From: Calditrichia bacterium
Lineage (GTDB): Bacteria; Calditrichota; Calditrichia; JAJRVZ01
Assembly (NCBI GenBank): GCA_963796965.1
Contig: CAWCNS010000007.1
Coordinates: 320,001-384,000 of the forward strand
DNA length: 64,000 bases
Direction of reading: 5' to 3'
The position numbers were made by a program, and so were the translations under genes. Positions 52,417 through 62,800 of the stretch are shown here, piece after piece. Position 1 is the stretch's first letter. Each line of letters begins with the position of its first letter. The notes under the pieces are model-generated. The model was not told where the DNA came from. It was given only the letters and a program-made list of their open reading frames with translations, and made no database searches.

Positions 52417-54335
52417 TCAATCTATTGGGTGATTATTTGCGTCTGTTGTAATAAATATTTTATCCCACATGATATCCGCTTTCGTAGCTCTAATTCTTAA
52501 GGGATATACACCTTCGGGAATTTGCTCAAACGATACCTTCTGCCAACTCGCCTTGCTGAATTTATTATCAGATGTGCCAGTAGATCTTTTTTTCATCGTT
52601 TAAATTATTAAATGAGACATAAACCGCATTTTTATCTCTGTTTTTACCGGTAACTCTGACCCAAACATAGTAAGTAGAGGCGGAACGCGTACTAATCTGA
52701 TATTCAGTGTATGCCCAGAGATCCTTATTCCCTTTCGAGCAAATTACCTTTCCACTTCCATCTGGATTAGTCAAAACTTCGGCGGACCCAACAAGGAGTC
52801 TGTAATTCTCTGCTTCAATAAATAGATTCATTTGAAATTCCGACTTTTGCGGATTGTTTCTTAAAATCTTTAACATACCAAACACGTAATTTATCACTAA
52901 ATTGATGCCCGCTATTCGTGCCTTGTATTAACAGATCATAAGTACCCTGCTTTGAGAATGTCGCTGTTGTTACTGCACTTGAAGCATTAGCAAAAATTAC
53001 CTCACCTGGGCCAGAGAATTTTTCCCATAGTAAGGAGAGCTGCTTTCCCTGCATAATACTAATATCCGCCAGCGAACCCTTTAAGGTTACCTCGTTTTCA
53101 GGCGCTAGTATGACGATATCCCTTCCTGCATCAATTACAGGCAGCGTGCGGGCAGACCATTTAGTATTATTGAACTGCTTTGCACCAAGATCAGGTTTAC
53201 TGCCGATATAATCTGAAGACGGGACCTTGAAATTTATACCTTCCCAACCATATTGATCAATGCCCGCATTAATACAGGGGCTGCCCTCGCGCAATTCAAG
53301 ATTTTCATTGAGAAGTGGATCTTTATCCTTTAAAATATGAGTACCAATTTTTATATCGGGGTCATAATGCATCGGATTATTATAAAATAAACTATAATCA
53401 ACGATTGAACGATCATTACCATCATTAACATATATGCCTCTTTCTATTCCTTTCGTCAAATTATTGACAAAAATATTGTTAAGAACGACTAATCCGGGCG
53501 ATATAGTCAGGCCATAGTTGCATTTTGAAAAAGTATTATTAAAGACATAGGCTTTCTCTTGCATCAATGAACCTCTGTAGACTTCCGATGTATTATCCTT
53601 CTCCTGATACATACAACTGACACCAGCCCCTTTGCAACTCTTAAAGAGATTATTGTGTATCAAGAATTCACGGTATGAATCCCCCTCATAGTCGATCAAT
53701 TGAATGCCACTCTCTCCTGCGCCAATCACCTCGTTATATCTAAAAATATGGGTCGTTAAAGGTGCACTTTTATCATGCAGACGGATTTCAATACCATCCT
53801 GATGGGAGTTTACAATAAGATTATACTCGATGATCCAGGATGTAGAGTTATCACAATCGATTCCATCATCCCCTGCATTTTCAAAATAACAGTAAGCAAT
53901 ATATCCACCACCACCGGTGACACTAAGTTGATCTTTTCCACCAATAAATTGACAATGTGTAACAGAAGCATAAGGTGCTGTAATATGAAGCGTGTGCTCT
54001 TCATTACCGACAAATCTAATGCCGATAACACTTGAGTTCTCTGCCGACAACTCAAACCATTCCCCCATATCATCTAAACCTGCATTAATAATAGTAGCAT
54101 TAATATCCGCTTTATCTTTGGTTAGAATAAAGCGAGAAGCTATCAGAACTGCTTTATTAACGCGCAAGTGCTCTGGCTGGGTATAGGTTCCAGGGGCAAG
54201 TAAAATCGTATCCCCATCTGCTGCAATTTCAAGCGCTCCTTTAAGGGTGGATTTTGTTTCGGGTACGGATATAATATCAGCATGCAAATTTAATGTAAAG
54301 ATTAAGAAAAATAACGTAATCATTCTGCTTTTCAT
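52417..54335 (-). CDS. Exported right-handed beta-helix protein with PKD-like and C-terminal beta-sandwich domains (two indels)
   Basis: GDTILLAPGTY, DDGIDCD, DGIE, PDLGA, WEKFSGPG.V.F; continues through 52897-52568 and ends ...NNHPID* at 52417. Confidence 0.78.
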
Positions 54336-54642
54336 TAATTTCTCCTTTAGAAGTTAGTGGTTGTGTAAAAGACAACCACAGAGGACAAAGAGTAAATATT
54401 TAATATCTATTTACTTAAGTGAATTATTTTCTTTTTCCCTTCTGTGGGTCCCAAATAATATTCCCGATAAAATGTCAATGTTCCGCCGGAAGATGGGAAA
54501 TAAATTTTATAGAATTCGAGAAATTTGTTATAATTCGTGAAATTTGCGGATATCTTTTCTTTGCCTTCTCCGCGAACTCTGCGTTTATAAAATATTCAAG
54601 ATTTTACTACAAATTGATTTTTCATAGAGCTTTTGCCAAAAA

Positions 54643-55704
54643 TTAGATCTGTGAACCTAATTCCGGATACATACGCATGGCATTTTCGTAATATATCTTT
54701 TTTAAAACAGATACAGGTAAATCTAAACCCTGGTATGACTTAACTTTATCATTTTGTATCATAATTTTATCAGTCGCAAAATAATCCCAATCTTTCAACC
54801 AAACATCTTGAATAATGTTTTTTATTTTAGTGATATTTGTCGGACTTTTATCACGGTCTCTAATGCCAGCATCTGTTCCATATAGCAGCCGATCCTGATA
54901 TTTTATTATAAATTCACGGACTTTTTCCCTTTCCTGAACTTTAAAATGACTTATACGCGCCGCCATATCTAATGACATGTTTTGAAACCTGTCCAACGCC
55001 TTCGCCTGCTCATCCACATTCCACTCCATACTGCCCAGATGACAGGCTACATATCTCAAGTTCGGGTGATTAGCAAGCATGCGATCCCTTGCGGCAAGCA
55101 ACCCTTCATATGCAGGAAAGTCGGGATGCAAATACATGTGGTATTCAGGATGTCTGGAAAAATAATCTGCTGTCGCCTTTCACTGTAATTGAATCTACCG
55201 GTAGCCAGCAATTTCTCGGTTCCCCATTGTGGTTAACATTGTTTTATTTTGCGATTCTATGAAATCAATAATCGGATCAAAGCGAGGATCATCGATCATA
55301 ATAAAGCTGCCATCTTTGTCTCTAAAGGTCATCCCAATATCTTTCCAGAATTTCACAGTTATGGCACCGGCTTTAAAACTACTATCCAGCCAGGCAACTA
55401 CTTTTTCCTGCCAGCCAGGTTCACCAAATCCATCCATAGTAAAAGTGGTAGCAAAAGCAATGATTTCTGGATGACTATCATACAACGCTCTGGCATAATT
55501 AAATTCTTCACTAATAACAGGCTGAGGCTCTGAACGGGTAACCAAACTCAATAGTTTAAAGTTATTTTCCTTCACCAATTCTACAAATGAATCATCCGAA
55601 GTTTCAAGATGAACATGTGCATCAATTTTGGGAAACGTTTTAAAATCGGGTTTTAGAGTACAGGCAAATAGTAACAGAAATAATAAGATTACTATTATCT
55701 TCAT
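54643..55704 (-). CDS. Amidohydrolase-family lipoprotein (compensating indels near 55.17-55.23 kb)
   Basis: IDAHVH, KFWKDIG, DDPRFDP, CHLGS, RLLYGTD, KIYYENA. Confidence 0.85.
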
Positions 55705-55954
55705 TTTTTATTAAACTCCTTTGCGTTTTTGCGAAAGCTGAATTACTCAAATTAATATTTATCTCTGCGTTCTTTGCGGACTCTGCGTTGAAAACAATCT
55801 ACCTTTTATAACTAAATCTCGACAAATTCGTAGATAAAATCATTTAATTTAATTCAGATCTATCATTTCTAAAAGAATAAGATTCCGAAACAAGTTCGGA
55901 ATGACCTAAACGTTTGATTTCCTTTTTTCAACTGTTTTATGTATAGTCATCCCT

Positions 55955-57800
55955 TTAACAGTAATGTGAATATTTATTTGACAAATATCTGGATATCTTC
56001 TCCAATAACTGCTTACTTTCATTCACGATTTCGGTAATTGATTCAGTCTGAGCCGCTTCATACGAATATTTACTTAATAATGTATTCAACTCAGATAGTA
56101 CTTGAGTGGCTTCATTTGATTTCAGATTTGTAAGTTTCTCCTTAACAATTCGTATTTTCTCATAATCCTGGATACCTTCTCTCAATCGTTCGAATCTTAT
56201 TGAACTTCTCGGACCCGGATAGACAAGAAATCCTTCTCCTGCATTCCATTTTATATACCGTGTATCATATAAAGGCTGCTCAACCCAACTATTATAAGCC
56301 CAGCGTAGAAAGCCTGAGAACTCATCAGCAGCTGCCATCCATCCCATCCAGGCAGATTCCGCCGGAGCAGAATGTGGATAATTATTTGGTTGTGGTTCAA
56401 CACAGCATGGATAAAATGTCGAAATGAGTCCCTTCTTCGTCCTCTCTTGAATGATCTCGGGCTTTGTGTACCTTCCTAGCGACACACTGAAACTATAAAT
56501 TTCATGATGTAATTCTTCCTGCCAGTCCTCAGAGGCCAGATTAATTTTTAATTTGGGGCTTGCATCATGGATGAGAGCGATGATCTCTTTCATCAATTCA
56601 TAGGGTCGCTCATCCATGGCGATAGATGTCATCTCAAGCCATCCTTTATTTTCAAGATGATTGGTAAAATCTGTCAAAAAGGGCTTCCAGTGGGCGGCAT
56701 ATTCTGGTGTGCCAGGTTCGGCATAAACATATTCATAAGATCCGGTTACCGCATCAAAATAACGGAAGTTATTGTGGCGGAATGCTATCATAGAATAGCA
56801 ACTAATGTGTTTATTTATTCCACATTCCATGCACAATTGAACCCACCTGTCAAAGATGGTATAATCAAACTTCCATCTACCGTCACTTTTTCTAATCCAT
56901 TTGATCATTGTGCTATACGGATCATATGTTTGTGCATTCCAGGGATGCTGAATGATAGAAGTAGTAATATATTTTTGTCCTGCTTCGGCTAACATTTTCA
57001 ACAATGGCTTTAATAGCAAGATATGCTCCTCGGACCACGGTTGAACATCGTGATAGCGTGCCACGGCCCAGGGATTCTGCCATAAATCTAGTTCAAATCT
57101 CCATTCCGACGGAGGTGGCATTTCCAGAGGCAAGACTTCAATTTGAATATTCAGGGCTACTTTGTTTTCACCTTTGGCTTTAATTGTAAATTTTCCCTGG
57201 TATGTTCCGGGGGAAGCATCAGGTGGAATGTCGATGGTTACCCAAGCCGGCCGGGTAGATTTAGCCGGTATATCAAAAGATTCAAGATTATCCAGAATGT
57301 CTGCCACTAATATCGGTGGCTTCTTCTGTGTGTTGTTGCTGCATCCATAAAAATAATCATCTGACAAGACATATCTGACGAACTTTGTCTTAATATTATC
57401 TGAGGCTATAATTTGGTTCTTGTCATTTTTTAATTCCGTAGGCAAGCACCTGCACCTGCCATGCACCACGGTTAGTCCACAACACCATCTGAAGATTGAC
57501 TCTTTCTCCTCTCCAGGCAGTACCCTTCCATAATTGTGTCGTATTAAGCAATGGTACATTATCACGATCATACCGTTCATCTACGCTCCCCACAGATACC
57601 TGAAGGTCATCGGGAAGATACGACCAGCGGTCTATATCGATATGGCTGAGCATTGCTGGATTTTCCGGCTCGTAGAGGGGTGCTGCTTTGGTTTTCTGGG
57701 CCCATATATTTAATGGAAGAAGGAGGAGGATTAAAAAGATTAGAGCCAGAAGGAATATATTACCTCGAATAATACTATTTTTAAAAAGAAAATCATTCAT
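55955..57800 (-). CDS. GH123-like beta-N-acetylgalactosaminidase (split by an indel near 57.45 kb)
   Basis: AWRGERVNLQ, LDLWQNPWAVAR, FDYTIFDRWV, MDE, GFLRWAYNSW, SSIRFERLREGIQDYEK. Confidence 0.85.
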
Positions 57801-58018
57801 CTCTACCTCCAACTCTCTATAATGGTAATGCAAAAAATAATCAAAGGGTACCTAGTAGGCCCCCCGGGCGAGACTACGGCATCTGGCCGTTCGGATTTAA
57901 AAAAAATAAAAGATTTACCACAGTTTCTATATTGAAATAAAGATGCCTCCTTGCTATAGTATATAAAAATGTTATATACGACGGGCCTATTAATCCCTAG
58001 CATAGTCAAGGAGGCAAA

Positions 58019-59086
58019 ATGGAAAACTTTAAAGATATTAAATCTTTTGTAGCAAGTAAGCAAGTATTTTGTGGTATCGACATTCATTATAGTCATTGGA
58101 ATTTATGTTTTGTTTGTGATGGGGAAGTTACCGAAAAAGTAAGGATTCCCAACAGTTATGAAAGCCTAAAGATGAGACTAAACAAGTATTCACAAGCCAG
58201 AAAGATCAGTATCGTATATGAAGCCGGATTCAGTGGTTTCTGGCTTTATCGCAATTTAATCTCAGATAAGTATGATTGTATCGTAACCCCTCCAAGTAAA
58301 ATGTTAAAATCAGAGAACAAAGTAAAAACAGATAAACGTGATGCCGAAAAACTGGCCTTCTATTTATCCGCAGGGTTGCTAAAAACCGTTGCAGTTCCAC
58401 CCTTGGAAATAGAATCTGATCGTCGTGTTGTAAGGCGACGTGCACAACTTGTCAAGAAACAAACCAGAGCAAAGAATCATATTAAATCATTTTTACATTT
58501 ACATGGTATAAAAGCCCCAAAAGATATAAAGACACATTGGAGTAATCTTTATTTATCTTGGCTTGACTCACTTCGTTTTGACCATGAATCTGACAACTTT
58601 ACCTTACATCAGTTAGTTAAAAATTATCGCCGTATTCGTGAAGATCTCGTTGAAGTTACCCGCTATCTCAGGATGCTTTCGCGAAGCGATAAATACAAGG
58701 AAAACTATAAGCGACTAATCGCAGCCCCTGGTGTTGGTCTTATTACCTCAATGACCTTTTTGCTTGAGATATTCAATTTTCAAAGATTTGCCAAAGAGGA
58801 CCATTTCTCAAGTTATCTAGGTATGACACCTTCACAGTTCTCTTCAGGAAATAAAGTTCGACTTGGTCATATAACACATCAGGGTAATGCAAACTTAAGA
58901 AGAGTTCTTATAGAAAGTGCCTGGACGGTTATTAAGCATGATCCTCACTTGCGTGATAAATATAACCGTATTAAAGCACGAGGCACCAATGGTAAAAAGG
59001 CCATCGTTGCTGTTGCCAGATCTCTGGCTGTACGTTTGCGACGCTGTATCTTAGATGAAACGGATTATGTGATCGGCGTATGTTAA
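58019..59086 (+). CDS. IS110-family DEDD transposase/recombinase
   Basis: GIDIH, YEAG, KTDKRDA catalytic residues; PGVG, YLGMTPSQFSSG, A.VAVAR.L. Confidence 0.96.
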   Translation: MENFKDIKSFVASKQVFCGIDIHYSHWNLCFVCDGEVTEKVRIPNSYESLKMRLNKYSQARKISIVYEAGFSGFWLYRNLISDKYDCIVTPPSKMLKSENKVKTDKRDAEKLAFYLSAGLLKTVAVPPLEIESDRRVVRRRAQLVKKQTRAKNHIKSFLHLHGIKAPKDIKTHWSNLYLSWLDSLRFDHESDNFTLHQLVKNYRRIREDLVEVTRYLRMLSRSDKYKENYKRLIAAPGVGLITSMTFLLEIFNFQRFAKEDHFSSYLGMTPSQFSSGNKVRLGHITHQGNANLRRVLIESAWTVIKHDPHLRDKYNRIKARGTNGKKAIVAVARSLAVRLRRCILDETDYVIGVC

Positions 59087-59111
59087 AACAATAAAAGCTT
59101 GTTATGATATT

Positions 59112-59260
59112 AAAATGACAACCGCGTGTGAACTATAAACGTGTTTTGTATCAGCAACTCTGCCTTCACAGTATGCGGTGTCACTTGTTTCAAGTTACGA
59201 AATCGAAACTTGTCGGCCAGTTTAACTGGACCACGAATAGCAGACAGTCAAAAACAAGCA
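59112..59260 (+). ncRNA. Putative bridge/seek RNA with target- and donor-binding loops
   Basis: Two stem-loops with internal loops whose strands match the insertion site and the circle junction (see findings); exact RNA ends unknown. Confidence 0.72.
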
Positions 59261-59485
59261 AGGGTGTTTATTTAAAATAAATGCAAATGGAATTTGCATT
59301 TCAATATAGCAAAGTTCACAAAGAAGGCACCAAGATCACAAAGTTTTTATAAAGAAATTTTTCTCTGTGGTCTCTGTGGTTTAAAAATTTTGTCCATTTT
59401 TCGTTATTCTCGTCCCGATTCTATCAGAATGACACCACCTTATTTAACTGTTTAATGAAGGTTTTATTCTACCGAAGTCTTATTA

Positions 59486-60613
59486 TTAAGCCGTAAGAAA
59501 AATCTTGCGTTTGTACATCCAGTATAAAATCATCCATTCAACGATTAGGACAGATGTTGCCTCAAATAATGGCCCAAAGATTCCTATATTTTGTGCGATA
59601 CCTTCACTAAAAATACCGACAATTTTATTTAATGGGACCAATGTCCGTCCCATATACACCGCCAGCGCATTCATGCCGATGACCACAAAAGGAAACGCCC
59701 ACTTCTGCGCTCCACGAATGTCAATAATCCAGTAAAACAAGGCAAATATCAGGCAAGACCAGCCTGCAGAGGCCAAACCATAAGAAGCCGTCCACAATTT
59801 CATGATTATAGGAATAATTGGATTCAGAGCTAATCCGGCTACAACCAGGGAAACGCCAACAATGATGATTGTGAGAAACTTCTTCTCTGGCGTTTTGTCA
59901 GATCTTAAAACTCTGCCGATCAATAATCCCAGAATGGTTGTGGAAATGGTTGGAATAGCGCTTAAAATTGTCCCCCAACCTTCCGCAAGTGTCCTTCCAA
60001 GTAAAAGCTGGTCAACATAAGTTACGAGATTATGATTAAGGACATAGGATCCGGCCCCTATGCCAGGTGCGGGGACAAATGCCAGCAGCAGCGCGTACCC
60101 GACTAAAATTCCAGCAGCGGTAGAAATTTGAAAGCGCCATGATTTTCGGACAAGGAGAAACGCGAAAAAATAGGCAATCGCAATCGGCTGCAATGCACTA
60201 CTTAATTCTATGAGGAAGGGATGATTAAGGCTCACTGATTCGCGAAGCGAACCGAGTAAAAAAAGTATAGCTACACGCTTTAGCACACGTAATGTTATCT
60301 GTCGATGAGATTTAGTCCGTATTTGTTTCGCATATGAGAACGGTAAGGACATACCGACCATCAACATGAATGAGGGCCAGATCAGATCAAAATATCTTAA
60401 TCCCTGCCATTTTGTATGATCGAGATGATAAACAATCATATCGATTATAACATTATGACCTAAAGCAGCCAATCCTGTCATGATAGAGCCACCACCAACA
60501 ATCCAGAACATGGTCCAACCGCGAAAAGCATCCAGTGAAATAAGGCGCTTTGCGGGGGGCCGCACTTTGTAAGATTTCGTCACATTTAGATTTTCAGTGT
60601 TTTTTCCAGGCAT
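59486..60613 (-). CDS. HGSNAT-like (heparan-alpha-glucosaminide N-acetyltransferase family) membrane acyltransferase
   Basis: RLISLDAFRG, H..W.G...DLIWPSF..MVG.S, PIIMKLWT.S, GMNAL. Confidence 0.88.
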   Translation of the reverse strand: MPGKNTENLNVTKSYKVRPPAKRLISLDAFRGWTMFWIVGGGSIMTGLAALGHNVIIDMIVYHLDHTKWQGLRYFDLIWPSFMLMVGMSLPFSYAKQIRTKSHRQITLRVLKRVAILFLLGSLRESVSLNHPFLIELSSALQPIAIAYFFAFLLVRKSWRFQISTAAGILVGYALLLAFVPAPGIGAGSYVLNHNLVTYVDQLLLGRTLAEGWGTILSAIPTISTTILGLLIGRVLRSDKTPEKKFLTIIIVGVSLVVAGLALNPIIPIIMKLWTASYGLASAGWSCLIFALFYWIIDIRGAQKWAFPFVVIGMNALAVYMGRTLVPLNKIVGIFSEGIAQNIGIFGPLFEATSVLIVEWMILYWMYKRKIFLTA

Positions 60614-60630
60614 TATTGGATATTTTCCTA

Positions 60631-62483
60631 TTATAAGTCCTGGTTAATGCTGATTTTGTGTTTTCCTAATCCCTTTGGAATTATTATTGTTTGTTTTTCC
60701 GGTACCTTATCTTCAAATGTCGCTCTGACTTGGTCTGACAAATGCATTGTCCACTTAGATTCATGGGAATCGAAATATTGACAATAATGGCTGTCATAGT
60801 CGACCGTCAGACACAAAATCTCACATGCCTCTTTAGATTTTGCGACCTGTGTATGTAGATAGCCGCAGTATTCACTTGCTGACATATAATGTGTATTGTC
60901 ACCAAGATTTGTTAGAAGACGATCCAATGCTTTTGCATCCATGGAAACATCCCGATCGTGAAATATGAGAAAATATGGTGCATCGATGGTCCATGGAATG
61001 TCCAGTTCCCGGTTAGTTTTTCATCAAAATGCCAGCTACTACGCCGGACAATCGGCTCCATGGAGGGTATGACGATATCCATTCCAAGATATCCCGGCGA
61101 ATTAAAATGAGACAAGCCAAAGCCCATGCTGGCAGCAATCCGGGAGCTGTTGTTTGGATAGGAGAGCGACAATGCACTTCCGCCGTTGATTACAAATACA
61201 GGTGTCACACCAAAATCATTTTTTATATACTCAAGCCCTCTGGCCAGAAGGAATCTTTGCGTAATTGCCGGGATTTCAACTTTTCTTACAGGATCGCCGA
61301 ATTCATAATCCCAACCGAGGGTGCCGACACCATCCATAGGTGCATCCCAGAAAGGTCCTGGTGGAGATTCCAGATCTGGCAGCATATGCGTATATCCGTG
61401 ACTTTGAATTTCAATGACGCCTGCCCGAAGTCCAGCATCCAAGCCACGCTTTGCTGAAATGTAGTCGTGTACAGTTTCTCCATCGATCTCATCTATAACC
61501 TTTTGTTTCCAGGGACTAACTATTCTTTTCCCTTTCCGATCCACATATCCACTTACGATATTCAGATTCAGCAAAGCCCCATGTTTCTTCAAAGGATTAA
61601 TAATTCCTTGACGTATATCGTCTTCATTGAGTGTTCGGTAATGCCAATACGGCAGATAGGTACGATCAGAGGTACCAAAATCATCCATAAACATCAGAAT
61701 GCTCTTTTGATATTCAGCATAGAGGGCATAACCATTTGCCCACACGAGACAGCGCTTCAACAAATCTCGCATAATTTGGATATTTATTTGAGATTTTTGA
61801 CGATGCGTACCAAGCCAGGCAACCCGACCAGCATTTTCGAATTCCCGAATTGTCAGGAAAGGTAAATGGCCTCTTGTTATAATAGGCTGGGCCGTTGTAA
61901 GCGTTACTTTATTGCCATAAGCATAATAGTCGATCTGGGCAAGAAACTCGCCCTGCCTATCCTTAATCCCTCTTGTGATAAAGTGTTCCCCTTCAAAGGC
62001 AAGTCCATAATTTAACCGGTACTCGCTAATGTATTCAATACCGGCAAGATCCGCGATCTCGGGTGGAGAAACTGCATCACCAAGAATAACCAGGTTTACA
62101 GCGTGTTCCTTGACCAAAATTGGTAATAAATGCAGATTCTCTCCTTCAAGACCAGCAGGATCCGCATCCCATATTATCGTACTGTAGCGGGGAATTCCTT
62201 CTCTGTCCATTAAATGGTACCTGTCAAAATTCTGCTGATCTAACCGCATAATATCAAATGGTAATCCCCAATTTTTAAGTAAAGTAACGAGGGTGCGAAA
62301 CTCATTACTGTCTTCGATCAAATAGCTGGACGGATCATTCCATTGGTTGGATACAACCAGCAGAAAACGATAAGGCAACTGTGTCTGATTGTTTGCACCT
62401 AAACTAGAAAAAGAGAAATGTAGAATTATTACAAGAAAAAGAAGGATTGTCACTTTAGCCGAAGGTCTTGAATACTTTTTCAT
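60631..62483 (-). CDS. Exported protein with a polysaccharide-deacetylase-like core (split by indels near 60.95-61.0 kb)
   Basis: Signal peptide; FMDD and EIQSHGYTH motifs typical of NodB-like folds. Confidence 0.6.
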
Positions 62484-62646
62484 AATCTTAGGCCTTTATT
62501 TTAGAGGAGTGGTTTGACAAGATAAATCTAATGATCTTATATTAAACTGAGATTAAAATCACATTAAAATCTTTTAATCTTGGAGCAATCTTCAGTATAG
62601 TCCTATCGTAAGTTTGTATCATCTGGCTATCCGTTTCAGATTTCTT

Positions 62647-62770
62647 AGACAGGATAACAGGATTTACATGATTAAATATTTAAATAAAGTGTTGATTTTC
62701 TTCTTGAAAATAATTCCAACTATTTGTTAGTTATTTTAAAGCATATCCTGTTTATCCTGTTATCCTGTCA
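62647..62770. repeat. Inverted-arm repeat, (acaggat)n type
   Basis: gacaggataacaggatttacatgatt ... atcctgtttatcctgttatcctgtc. Confidence 0.85.
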
Positions 62771-62800
62771 AATTTTTATTAATTTTAGTAGCATATGATA

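Larger units (their letters stand above)
57921..59311 (+). mobile_element. IS110-family, IS1111-group insertion sequence
   Basis: Perfect 12-bp subterminal IRs ctatattgaaat (57927-57938) and atttcaatatag (59298-59309); CA core at both ends; long non-coding region downstream of the transposase. Confidence 0.9.

Noticed and set aside
62541..62580. Second 11-bp-periodic attaaa array as an operator
   Set aside because: It lies within a caagat...aatcttg inverted-arm repeat in very AT-rich DNA and cannot be separated from the repeat.
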